From positions 43,004 to 107,003 of IMG/VR virus record IMGVR_UViG_2597490185_000004: 64,000 nt of DNA; one strand, given 5' to 3'. Below the pieces are notes generated by a model. That model did not search any database. It had not been told where the DNA came from and was given only the letters and a program-made list of their open reading frames with translations. Position 1 is the first letter of the stretch. Every line of letters starts with the position of its first letter. Source of the DNA: a virus. Below are positions 1-9,719 of the stretch, one piece after another. A program made the translations under genes and the position numbers.

Positions 1-2
1 GG

Positions 3-1487
3 TCTACCCGCAGTTTTCCATCTGGTTTTGTTCAGGCAGTAAAAAGTAAGCTGGAAAAAGCCGGCCATCGTGTTTTACTGCAAAGGAAACCGATGCTTGA
101 GCCATTAGGTCAGCCAAATCCAAAGATAAATGACTTTCCTTTCAACCCCGATTATCTGTATCAGGATGAGACGGTTGAGAGGATGGTCAAAATTGGCGGA
201 ATGATCGCCCAAATCGCTACCGGTGGTGGAAAATCCAACATTGCATGTAAAGCCGCTGCCAGAATCAATCGATTGGGTCTGTTTATCACCACGCGATCAG
301 TGCTTATGCACCAAATGAGAGCCAATTTTCAGCGATCTATTGATTACCGTGCTGAAAATGGAGAACCACACCTTAAAGGTGAGAAAGTTGGCATCATCGG
401 TGACGGATTATTCCATTTTTCACGTCATATCAATGTCGCAACTATTCAAACACTAACCAGCTTCCTTGATGAATACCCACGTTTTGTTGAGAAGCTACCA
501 CCGAAAGGTAAATCGGGTAAAAAACCATATCCAACCAAAGAAGAACAGCGGAAAGAGTGGGAGAAGAAACGCAATTTTCATTATCGCAGACAAGTCGCCG
601 TCAAAATGATGCTTAAAGAAGCCGCATTATTGATCCTTGAAGAAGCTCACGAGTCTTCTGGCAACTCGTTCTATGATATTTCTCGTATGTGCATCAACGC
701 TGATTATCGCTTGGGGCTGACAGCTACACCATTTATGAAAGACTCGGCGGAAGCCAATATGCGTTTAATGGCGGTGACCGGCTCTATTGGAATTAAAGTG
801 TCTGAGAAGTATTTGATCGACAGGAGCATTCTGGCTAAACCGTATTTCCTGTATTTGCGAACAGACTACACGCCGGATGAGGTAAATATCAGCAATGACC
901 TGAAAGAAACCGTTGGAAATACCCGTCTTGGCAGAACCTCACCATATACCAGAGCCGCGAAACTCGGTATCACATATAACCTTGCCCGTAACAGTCTCAT
1001 TGTTCATCAGGTTAAGAAAATGGTCAGTCACAACTTAAGCGTAATGATACTGGTTAAGTTAACCCGTCACGGTAACATCTTAAAAGAAATGCTCGAAAAC
1101 ATAGGTATCAAAGCTGAATTTATCTTTGGCGAAAACAATCAAAAAGAACGTATGGCACAACTCGATAAACTGCGAAACCGGACGATTGATGTACTCATCG
1201 GTTCAACCATACTCGATGTCGGGGTGGATGTGCCGGGTGTGGGCGGCGTTATTTTAGCTGGTGGAGGAAAGGCAGAGGTTGAATTACGTCAGCGTGTCGG
1301 TCGTGGATTACGTAAAAAAACAGATCAGACGAATATCTGTTTCGTGGTTGATTTCTTAGACTACTCAAACAACAAGCTATTAGAACACTCATTTGAACGC
1401 CGAAATATCATTCGTGAAACAGACGGATTCCATCAAGGCATGTTGCCGGAAGGCAGTGAATTCCCTTTTCACTTACTTACTAAATAG
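3..1487 (+). CDS. SF2 DEAD/DEAH-like (UvsW-type) helicase, 5' end outside window
   Basis: Walker A-like ATGGGKS, LILEEAH (motif II), GLTATP (III), QRVGRGLR (VI). The frame is open from base 3, so the true start is upstream of the window. Confidence 0.9.
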   Translation, partial: STRSFPSGFVQAVKSKLEKAGHRVLLQRKPMLEPLGQPNPKINDFPFNPDYLYQDETVERMVKIGGMIAQIATGGGKSNIACKAAARINRLGLFITTRSVLMHQMRANFQRSIDYRAENGEPHLKGEKVGIIGDGLFHFSRHINVATIQTLTSFLDEYPRFVEKLPPKGKSGKKPYPTKEEQRKEWEKKRNFHYRRQVAVKMMLKEAALLILEEAHESSGNSFYDISRMCINADYRLGLTATPFMKDSAEANMRLMAVTGSIGIKVSEKYLIDRSILAKPYFLYLRTDYTPDEVNISNDLKETVGNTRLGRTSPYTRAAKLGITYNLARNSLIVHQVKKMVSHNLSVMILVKLTRHGNILKEMLENIGIKAEFIFGENNQKERMAQLDKLRNRTIDVLIGSTILDVGVDVPGVGGVILAGGGKAEVELRQRVGRGLRKKTDQTNICFVVDFLDYSNNKLLEHSFERRNIIRETDGFHQGMLPEGSEFPFHLLTK

Positions 1488-1525
1488 CTATAATTTTAAA
1501 AAAGGTATTTTTCTAAAGGTATTTT

Positions 1526-1816
1526 ATGATCAATAAAACAAAAGTGGTTCAGTTCAGAGCCACACCTAAGTCGCATGAAAAGCTGGAGCAGTTAAAAACC
1601 AGACTTAAAGAGAAAGGTGTCAAACCGAGGATTGAACTGATACTGAATACCATCTTAGAAAATGTAACGCTGGCTGATTTTGATAAATCAACAAAGGCTC
1701 TTGTAGAGACAAGTAGCGTAAAAACACGGCTGCTCAAGATGTTCAAAGATGGTCGCATTACTCAGGAAATGCTTGATACACTGCTTAAGAACGCGGAATC
1801 AAACGAAGTACAGTAA
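1526..1816 (+). CDS. small basic protein, possible ribbon-helix-helix DNA-binding protein
   Basis: 96 aa ORF right after the helicase; N-terminal KVVQFRATPKSHEKLEQLK strand-helix pattern. Confidence 0.6.
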   Translation: MINKTKVVQFRATPKSHEKLEQLKTRLKEKGVKPRIELILNTILENVTLADFDKSTKALVETSSVKTRLLKMFKDGRITQEMLDTLLKNAESNEVQ

Positions 1817-2236
1817 GCCACCAAATACTTATTTTTTCCCCTTTGTTATCGTTCTATGATCCGCTCCGTTTATACAATACCGCAAAACGGAGCGAGCTAT
1901 GTCTAAAAATATTTTTGCCAATGATTTAAAAATTTTCTCTTGTTAATAATGATCCTTATTGTATGTTTGCCTAAGTGTTCGTTGCAATACGAGGACGTAA
2001 TTAACATGTCAGTCCCTGTTGACAATCTGGCATGGTAGGGCGAGAGCGCGGACGTCGAGCATTTTTCTATCTCAAATTGTATAAAAACAACTCATAATGG
2101 GGAAATAATACAATCTGATTTTACTAATCTGTTAATGCTTTATTTCAATAATTAGTTAAAAAAGTAAATTTCCCATGATTTCGCCCTGAGATTTTATTTT
2201 CTCTTCTCAAGAGACGGATAATTCAACCTTGAGAAA

Positions 2237-3328
2237 TTAAAAATAGTTTGAAAATTCTATTGCGTATGTTGGAATTGCTGCGGACAAACTGTGGTCATAC
2301 TGCGGTCCAATATTACCATTACCAATTTTTATACCTTTTGTTATGGTTATTTTATTTCCAGTGAATTTATATGCCGTTGCATAATAATCCCAATCATTCC
2401 CACTTTTATCCCATAAAAGAAACAAATCTGTTGCTCTAATCATTGGGGATTGTAATGTTGTAGTCACCACATCGGTATGGTTATTGAAAATAATATTCTC
2501 TCCTTGAAAAAAAGGAATATATCTACTGGAATAAGTTAATTCTCCCTGTTCATTCCAAATATGTAATCCACAATCATCCTTCTGTGGAGTGAACCCAGAA
2601 GAAAAAACAACAATATATAAATTGCAATCATGGGATACCGTAATTTTATTGTATATCCTATCAGTAGAAACGGCGCAATTTGGGTTATCACTTCGAACAA
2701 ATACCACATGATTTTCAGGATTTGGTAAGCCTAATGGTACACTCCATGATTGACCTGCACTCATTTTAATTTTTTCTCTTAAAATGCAATAGCCAATCTC
2801 TTTTTCATCAGAAACTGTTAAAAATTGATCAGCGGCTTTAAAATCTAAACCAAAATTATTTTTTATCAATTGATTTTTCTTGTATCCATATACATCAATA
2901 ATGTATTCATTATCAAATACCCATTCAGACATATAAAGAAACTCATAAAGAACATCTTTGTCAATCTCCCAAACAATATGCTCCCCTTGAATATCGAATT
3001 TTGTGATCGGAACCGAACACATTTCATTAAATATTCTTATGTGCCCTCCTCCTGCAACTCCACCACCACCACCTGCCATATAGTTAACCGTGAAGTACAA
3101 GCAAGAACATCTAGGAACTATAACTAATTCATATTTATCAGCATTAGGTATAAAATGTTTATATTGATATTCGATATTCCACTTTGATCCTTTCTGTTTC
3201 TGTTTAATTGTTATTAATTTAGTTAATAACTTGCATTCTTCATTTAATAAAAAGTGTTTTCCACCATCTGACGGGAAAACAATTAATCCTGTTTTTTCCA
3301 TTATATACAACCTAACTACAGCATCCAA
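2237..3328 (-). CDS. tail-fibre/host-specificity-associated protein (DUF6453-like), orphan
   Basis: 363 aa beta-rich protein; N-terminal GLIVFPSDGGK, repeated GLHIWNEQGELTYSS-type motif, glycine run; low GC. Confidence 0.5.
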   Translation of the reverse strand: MDAVVRLYIMEKTGLIVFPSDGGKHFLLNEECKLLTKLITIKQKQKGSKWNIEYQYKHFIPNADKYELVIVPRCSCLYFTVNYMAGGGGGVAGGGHIRIFNEMCSVPITKFDIQGEHIVWEIDKDVLYEFLYMSEWVFDNEYIIDVYGYKKNQLIKNNFGLDFKAADQFLTVSDEKEIGYCILREKIKMSAGQSWSVPLGLPNPENHVVFVRSDNPNCAVSTDRIYNKITVSHDCNLYIVVFSSGFTPQKDDCGLHIWNEQGELTYSSRYIPFFQGENIIFNNHTDVVTTTLQSPMIRATDLFLLWDKSGNDWDYYATAYKFTGNKITITKGIKIGNGNIGPQYDHSLSAAIPTYAIEFSNYF

Positions 3329-3634
3329 TGCAAACGACGGTGAGCAAAATACAAGAGCTTTCTACTCTGTTCTTCAATCTTATGTAAGATAATACCACTG
3401 CATAATTATTACATAGTGTAAATTACAGCGGTAGTGTTAAGCTCTCAAAAAATATCTGTATCTATTATATTGATTAATAAAAGTTGTTGAATGGAAAACT
3501 ATCAATTTAGGTTGGCGGCGCACTGTTTTAGGAGATTTATTGCTGTAAATAACATATTGAGAATCCCAATTCTCTACGAACAATCATATACTTGGTCAGA
3601 TTTACAGTTCAATAACGGAAACTATAACTGAGAT

Positions 3635-3999
3635 ATGGAACTGGTACAAAAGCATATCCCGGCGACGGGATATGCTGGAATGGATTCTCCAATTGGTATA
3701 ACTTTAAATGCGGGACATAATACAATTGAACAGCGCTATGTTGTGTTACGCTATATTTTACTGAATGGACATACGCTGGAACTCTCACAATTTGTCCATC
3801 AACTGTCTGAACAATCCCCAGAGCATGAAAATATGTTGATAACTATTGCAGAACTGCTTGAACAAAAAGGGATAGAGCAGGGCTGGGAAGAAGGAAGCTA
3901 GAAACAGCCCACTCACTATTACAACAGGGCATCAGTCTGGATATTATTGTCACCAGCACCGGCCTGAGCCAGGATAAAATTGAAGCGTTAAAGCATTAA
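3635..3999 (+). pseudogene. C-terminal remnant of an Rpn/YhgA-like transposase (frameshifted)
   Basis: ELVQKHI...TIAELLEQKGIEQG, then after a frameshift LETAHSLLQQGISLDIIVTSTGLSQDKIEALKH*; nuclease N-terminus absent. Confidence 0.8.
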
Positions 4000-4020
4000 G
4001 TTAATTTCCTCTTTCATCGT

Positions 4021-4050
4021 AAAATGCCGATCTGAGATATCGGCATTTTT
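4021..4050. terminator. bidirectional intrinsic terminator
   Basis: aaaatgccgat-ctgagat-atcggcatttt between convergent genes. Confidence 0.75.
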
Positions 4051-4134
4051 GTTTTATGGCTTTAGCCATAATGCAAGCTATGGAGACACAAGATCTCCAT
4101 TTCGGTAAAACTAATTCTTATTGTTCACTTATAA

Positions 4135-4569
4135 TTAGGAATCATTATCCTTGATAATCTTCGGTGCAGAACCATCTACTACTGCTATTCTAAAGATATT
4201 TGAAGAATTAGGTAATATCTTTACCGCCAGTGAACTGATAAGAGAACCACAGAAAGCACTCCCGCTTAAATATGTAGTGAATGTGTAATTACCGGGAGGC
4301 GCATAAAAAGTTACTTTTTCTCCAATTTCCAATTCAGCAACTTTTATTCCGTTAAGTTGAATATTTTGTAGGCAACCTGAGCCAACAAAACCTCGATCTC
4401 TTTTTATAATAATCTGACTTTTCAACCCTTCATTGCCCTTATCTGATCCCCAAAACATCCTATTTACTGGTACTTCCTTTGATGCAGCAACGTCAAGCCT
4501 TGTGGAGCTACAACCTGCAAGCAAACTAAAAACAACCAGAACAGATGGCAAAATTACCCTATTTTTCAT
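4135..4569 (-). CDS. lipoprotein
   Basis: Signal peptide with lipobox LLAG-C; 144 aa. Confidence 0.8.
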   Translation of the reverse strand: MKNRVILPSVLVVFSLLAGCSSTRLDVAASKEVPVNRMFWGSDKGNEGLKSQIIIKRDRGFVGSGCLQNIQLNGIKVAELEIGEKVTFYAPPGNYTFTTYLSGSAFCGSLISSLAVKILPNSSNIFRIAVVDGSAPKIIKDNDS

Positions 4570-4792
4570 TACATTTCTCTATCATTGATAATGCAACTCA
4601 TTTTACATATATGTGAATATTTATTACAACAACCTATGAAAATCGGGTTCTTTTGCACCGTCGAGTTTATCGGAAGTTCACATTTCCTATGTTGGTAAGT
4701 ATAGACAGAAGTAACCTTTCCCTCTATTTTTACAAATCTCCTTCTTGTCTTTGGTATAATATTCCCAAGAGCTTTTAAAAAAGAGAAAAAAA

Positions 4793-5317
4793 ATGAATAA
4801 CGAATTACCAAAGGTCGATATTACATACGGCACCAAACGATACAATGAGCGTACTTATAAAACTTTTTACACAGGACTTGTACCAGCAATTAAAGGTGAA
4901 TATTCAGTAAGGGTAACCGATATTGATGGTAACACTTTTGAAACCAACGTACTCAAAACCAATAATCGCAGCGGAGTTATTGTATTTTCAAATCGCAGGA
5001 TGCTTCTTTGTCAGATTGCTACATTAGAACTCATACCAAGACAAGAAATCGAAACTATCACCTCAAACACGGAATTTTTTGAAAAAAGCTCTTTGCCGAA
5101 ACCCAAAACTTTCCATCTGATATTGAACAAAGCTCATGCTATGAATCGTAATGTAGCTGTAATTATAAAAGATGGCAAAACCTATAAGGGAAAATGTGAT
5201 AGATGCGACTATGATACAGTTATTCTCATGACCAATAGCGGAAGCACTATAAATATTATGTATGATATAGTTAAACGTATCGTGCCTATTGAAGCTGATG
5301 GTTCTCTGGCTGAATAA
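4793..5317 (+). CDS. hypothetical protein with C-terminal Sm/LSm-like domain
   Basis: VAVIIKDGKTYKGKCDRCDYDTVILM...INIMYDIVKRIVP follows the Sm1/Sm2 pattern. Confidence 0.5.
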   Translation: MNNELPKVDITYGTKRYNERTYKTFYTGLVPAIKGEYSVRVTDIDGNTFETNVLKTNNRSGVIVFSNRRMLLCQIATLELIPRQEIETITSNTEFFEKSSLPKPKTFHLILNKAHAMNRNVAVIIKDGKTYKGKCDRCDYDTVILMTNSGSTINIMYDIVKRIVPIEADGSLAE

Positions 5318-5835
5318 GCTCTCTACAACTTAGGACCAGTGAAGCGCCCCTTGGCAATTGGTTTTTTATTAAATCGCATTTCAAAATGATAGGAGTAACC
5401 CTTGTCCGCGCGGACAAGGGTTCACCATCTGGAAATACTCTCACTATTATGAAAAGGCATTTAATCCATAAGTTTTTTTACAATATATCATTCATATATT
5501 TCTTCCTCTGCAACACCAATATCTTCATCGAAATAACTCTATCAAATAATCTCACCAATCAATCTAATGCATAGATAATCACGTATCTCTTGAATTTAAA
5601 ATATATATAAGGGCAAGCGTTATTAAATGATATTTTTATAGGCAACATCTTCCAATAATTTATTGTTTTTTCTAAGATTTTTGTTTTCATATTGAAAGCA
5701 AAAAAAATATATAAAAAGTAAAAAAATATCTTGATTGGTTTAATTTGTTTGATAATATAATCGCTACCAAGTGATGACAACACTATAAAACAAATCAATT
5801 AAGCGTACTAAACGCATAGTAAAGGAATCTACACA

Positions 5836-6510
5836 ATGGCTAACTTATCTAAATCTATTATCGTCTCTTCTGTTGCATCCGTAGCATCTCTATTAGACAC
5901 ACAATATAACGATATAAAACAACGCTTGTCTGATGTTGCTAACTTATCTAGTAAAGATAAAGCAGACTTACAAGCAGCCAGCACAAAAGTTAAATACTTT
6001 ACTGGTTTATCATCTTTAATCTCAACTAATGAAAAAGCTGTTTCCTCACTGTATTACATTGTAAAGAACGCCAAAGCAGAGCCAGCAGATTTATTAAAAG
6101 AAATAGCTATTAACTCTTATAGCTTAAATAAGTTTGGTTTTATGATCCGTGGTATCGCAAACGGATTCTATGACTATGATTTATCGGACATGAGCGCATC
6201 TAATATCATAGCAATATTAGACTTTATTAAAGATGATAAAACTAAGTTCACCATGCGCCAATATCGCGATCAAATGACTTCTCACAAAGAAAAAGCAGAC
6301 AAGAAAGCAGATAGCGGATTTACACAAACAAACCAAGCATTAAAATTATGTGAGCGTTTGGGGATTGTGTCTTACACTGGCGGAAAAATCAGCTTAGGAT
6401 ACGGTGAATATAAAATCAATTCTGAAAATGACTTAGTGAAATATTTAAAATCTATCTTCACCAAAGATAAAGAGAAACAAAAAGAATTAGATCTTGCTAT
6501 CGCTGAATAA
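5836..6510 (+). CDS. hypothetical protein (monocistronic, AT-rich)
   Basis: 224 aa ORF with AAGGA RBS and its own terminator. Confidence 0.8.
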   Translation: MANLSKSIIVSSVASVASLLDTQYNDIKQRLSDVANLSSKDKADLQAASTKVKYFTGLSSLISTNEKAVSSLYYIVKNAKAEPADLLKEIAINSYSLNKFGFMIRGIANGFYDYDLSDMSASNIIAILDFIKDDKTKFTMRQYRDQMTSHKEKADKKADSGFTQTNQALKLCERLGIVSYTGGKISLGYGEYKINSENDLVKYLKSIFTKDKEKQKELDLAIAE

Positions 6511-6529
6511 TCAATCTCACACTCTATAA

Positions 6530-6558
6530 TATCCGCTACTTGTTAGCGGATTTTTTTG
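6530..6558 (+). terminator. intrinsic terminator
   Basis: atccgcta-cttgt-tagcggat followed by a T7 run. Confidence 0.8.
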
Positions 6559-7261
6559 CTTGTTTTCTGCTACTAGTAACACGTCCGACGATCCGCACTA
6601 TAACGCCACAAAGCATACTATAAACGCTTTTAAATCCTTTCTTATGCAATCCACCAGCTATCATACAGTAAGCGCTTAGAATCGTTATGATCGCGTTTAA
6701 TCTCTTTCTATCTGTCTTTACTGGCAATATTAAACAACACAATCAACCATAAGAGCGCATAGAATCTATTTTGAGACATTTTAAACATTAAGATATCACA
6801 TCATATTATCAGTAAGTAAAAACGCTTAGAATGCGAAATATTATCGATTTAGTGCCCAGATGCTGCCGATATATTTTTCTATGAATTTTTAGCGTGATAA
6901 GTCAGTATTAGAGCACGATTTAAGTATATGTGAAGAATAAAGCATGATTGATATAGTTTCATCGAGTAACTACTTGCGAGGTAGTAACTTAATTTAGACT
7001 CGCTAAACTATTAATCCACACTGATTATCGTCTAATTTTCAAATTCTCCGCCTCATGCGTGATGCGACCCTTTCCCCGTTTCCCGAATCCAGCCGTTTCC
7101 CTTTCCCGTAGGCAATCTTTCTCTCTTTCCTCCAACATGTTGCCTTTTCTTCCCGTAGGCGCGATTCGGTTTCCCGTAGGGTTAAACTGGCGCCAAAAAA
7201 GTCCCGCTTTTACACTGGACTCTTTAGGGCGGAGAACCGCAGTTACACAACACACACAACG

Positions 7262-7570
7262 TTACAGAATAAACAAATTACGGCTAAAATCTTTGTTCAA
7301 GGTAAACAAGTCATTCCCATTTGAATAAATCGGTGTTTTATCCAGTAGGTAGAATGTAAGTGACAACTTCTCACAAGCTGATGGATGTTTATAGGTTTCA
7401 CATTCTTTTCGTATTTCATCAGCGATACGCATCTTTAGGCGTAAATGATGACGATTTTCTTCGATTTGTTCAGCAATTTTCTTGTCCAACTCAAGTTCGT
7501 GTTCAAGTGCATCATGATCGACAAATCGGTTTTGAGCGTTGCTATGACGATTAAATGCGTTAGAGCGCAT
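7262..7570 (-). CDS. hypothetical protein
   Basis: 102 aa charged helical ORF with GGAG RBS. Confidence 0.65.
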   Translation of the reverse strand: MRSNAFNRHSNAQNRFVDHDALEHELELDKKIAEQIEENRHHLRLKMRIADEIRKECETYKHPSACEKLSLTFYLLDKTPIYSNGNDLFTLNKDFSRNLFIL

Positions 7571-7924
7571 ATTATTTACTCCGTTTAGTTATCTATCTTG
7601 TTATCTTAATGATGTTATTTTCACACGTTGGATAAGGCGAAAAAGCGATAAATGACGGGCGTAAAAAAATAATGCACTTCATGTTATAGGCAGATAATTA
7701 CTTAACACATACACTCAGGTAAGCATCAGAGTAAATTGCGGGAAGCCAGTCGATAGCCGGGCAGAAAGAGGTCCATTGCCTACGGGAAAGAGGTGGGTAA
7801 AAAAGCCGCTACAAGAGCGACAGGAGAATGGCAACAGCCTAATATTATTTTCCAATGGACTTCCCTGTAATCACAGCATTTCAAATATGAAAGCGGATCT
7901 TCCATTTTATCCGCCGATAATTCT

Positions 7925-8245
7925 TTATTTCGCCATCTTCTCTTGAGCTGTTTCCATAATCGCCCATTGAGTTAATGTGACCATTTCGCTAATCGCTTTA
8001 TTGCGTTCTGACATTGGGTAATGTTTGGCGATTGCTGTAACATATTTGCCACTCTTCCATTCCTTACGAGTTAGTGCAATCCGCGTATCAATAAGTTTGC
8101 CATCTGCTTTGCGATAGATCTCTTCTTCTGCCAGCTCAAATTGAGCATGTCCCACTTCTACCTGCATGACAATTTCAACAAGTTCAATTTCACGAGACTC
8201 GTCTGGAAAAATCATATTTTCAGAGTTCATCAAGTTCTTGGCCAT
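7925..8245 (-). CDS. hypothetical phage protein
   Basis: Likely start MAKNLM at 8245 with AAGGA RBS; upstream terminator hairpin about 8344-8372. Confidence 0.7.
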   Translation of the reverse strand: MAKNLMNSENMIFPDESREIELVEIVMQVEVGHAQFELAEEEIYRKADGKLIDTRIALTRKEWKSGKYVTAIAKHYPMSERNKAISEMVTLTQWAIMETAQEKMAK

Positions 8246-8392
8246 ACTGCGTTCCTTAATTTGTACTTTGTCGTTTTGATGGAAGTATTTTGCCAGTAGC
8301 AAATAGGCGAAAAAGTGGAAGCAGTAGGGATGATGAAAAGATAAAGGGCGTAGTTTTTATTCTACGCCCCGAAGGTGTCAGACTATTGACCG

Positions 8393-8845
8393 TTATTTAC
8401 CTACATCTACCGTAGGTTCTTCAATCGGCTTTTCACCTAAAAGCGCCAATACGTTTTCCGGCAGATGTAAAGCCGCATCCATATCACCCAATACACGCAA
8501 GCCAAACATGCCGATCCACGTTGAGCTATTCAGACCGCTTTCCAGCACATCACTTACTTCAACCATCAGGTTTTTAAATTGGCTTTCTACGTCTTTGCGG
8601 TAGTGTTCGATTACCGATGTACAAAACTGATCGTTGCCACGGCTCAATCGGATAACACCTAAATCAAATTTCTGACTGCGATCTTTACCGGTGATACGTT
8701 TGAATGTAGTAGTGGTAACTTCTTCACCAGTGGCACGATCACGAACAATGGCCGTGATTTCTGCAACTTTCTCACCAGCCGCTCCGTTCTTGCTGGAGGA
8801 GTAGTACATATCGAAAACGAGGTTTGAGCGATTAATCTTTTCCAT
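8393..8845 (-). CDS. hypothetical phage protein
   Basis: 150 aa ORF, AAGGA RBS, co-oriented with neighbours. Confidence 0.75.
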   Translation of the reverse strand: MEKINRSNLVFDMYYSSSKNGAAGEKVAEITAIVRDRATGEEVTTTTFKRITGKDRSQKFDLGVIRLSRGNDQFCTSVIEHYRKDVESQFKNLMVEVSDVLESGLNSSTWIGMFGLRVLGDMDAALHLPENVLALLGEKPIEEPTVDVGK

Positions 8846-9000
8846 GATAATTATTCCTTGTTAGCCAAATCCCATTATTGGAATGATTATCTTAACTTCT
8901 ACATTTTGTTATTCAAGTTGTTTTCTTGTTTATTTATTGTCGTAGGTGATTGGTAATGATTACCCAGCGAAAGACTCGAATAGGTCTTTCGCTGTTATAG

Positions 9001-9471
9001 TTAGCTACAGCTAATCACATTTGGAGGAATAACCAAGCCATCAAGTTTTGTATACTCTTTTACTATTTTCAGCACCCGCAACCAGTCTTCTTCACCATCA
9101 GAGCTAATATTAAAGTAGTTTCCGCAGAAGTGGTGTAACAAGATCAATGCTGCAACAACGTAAAAATCGTATGGTCTTCGGGCAGTTTTACAACACCTAA
9201 AATCCTCCCCATTTATCAGCTTTCCTGCAATACGTTTTACGGAAAATGTTTCGTAAGATTCGCCATTTTTGTCATTGCCATTAAATCGTAATGTATCCGC
9301 TCCTTTTAAAAGGAAATTTAAATCTATTGGCTCCTCACCGAATCAGTCATATAACTCTGCATTGGCGTGGAATAGGTGGTGCGCATAAACGATAGAGAAA
9401 TGGAGTTTGAACTTGTTCCACTTAATATCAGGCACAGTCTCAATTTGTGAAAAATAATGTGTGTATCCCAT
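9001..9471 (-). pseudogene. phage protein of MGYTHY... type with one in-frame TGA
   Basis: Manual translation: MGYTHYF...ELYD*FGEEP...FNG...ETF...CKTARRPYD...SSDG...DW...CS*; TGA at 9345-9343. Not in the ORF track. Confidence 0.7.
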
Positions 9472-9719
9472 AACACGCTCCCATAATGTATTTAATTAAT
9501 TTTCTTAATGAAATTATTATTACATTGTGAGAAAGGTAGTAAACAATTTAATGTTGGCAACAAAATATTTTGCCGTAGGGAATCACAGGCAAAACGTCCA
9601 CCTCGCCAGTTCTCATGTCAACCTGTAATGAACCCCGTTTCTGACCTGTAGCCGCTTCCCGTCGGTGAGAATAGACCTTTTCCTCATTTCCCATAGGCAA
9701 CCGTAGGGATGCTTCGGCT

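Larger units (their letters stand above)
7102..9700. repeat. dispersed TTTCCCGTAGGCAA motif family
   Basis: Copies at 7102-7115 (+), 7150-7160 and 7170-7180 (partial), 7776-7789 (perfect, inverted), 9687-9700 (13/14). Confidence 0.8.

Noticed and set aside
1899-1946. Short ORF MSKNIFANDLKIFSC after a hairpin, possibly a truncated backbone gene
   Set aside because: Too short to assign without a homology search.
4569-5798. ORFs 4569-4811, 5386-5574 and 5559-5798
   Set aside because: AT-rich chance ORFs in promoter regions, with no motifs.
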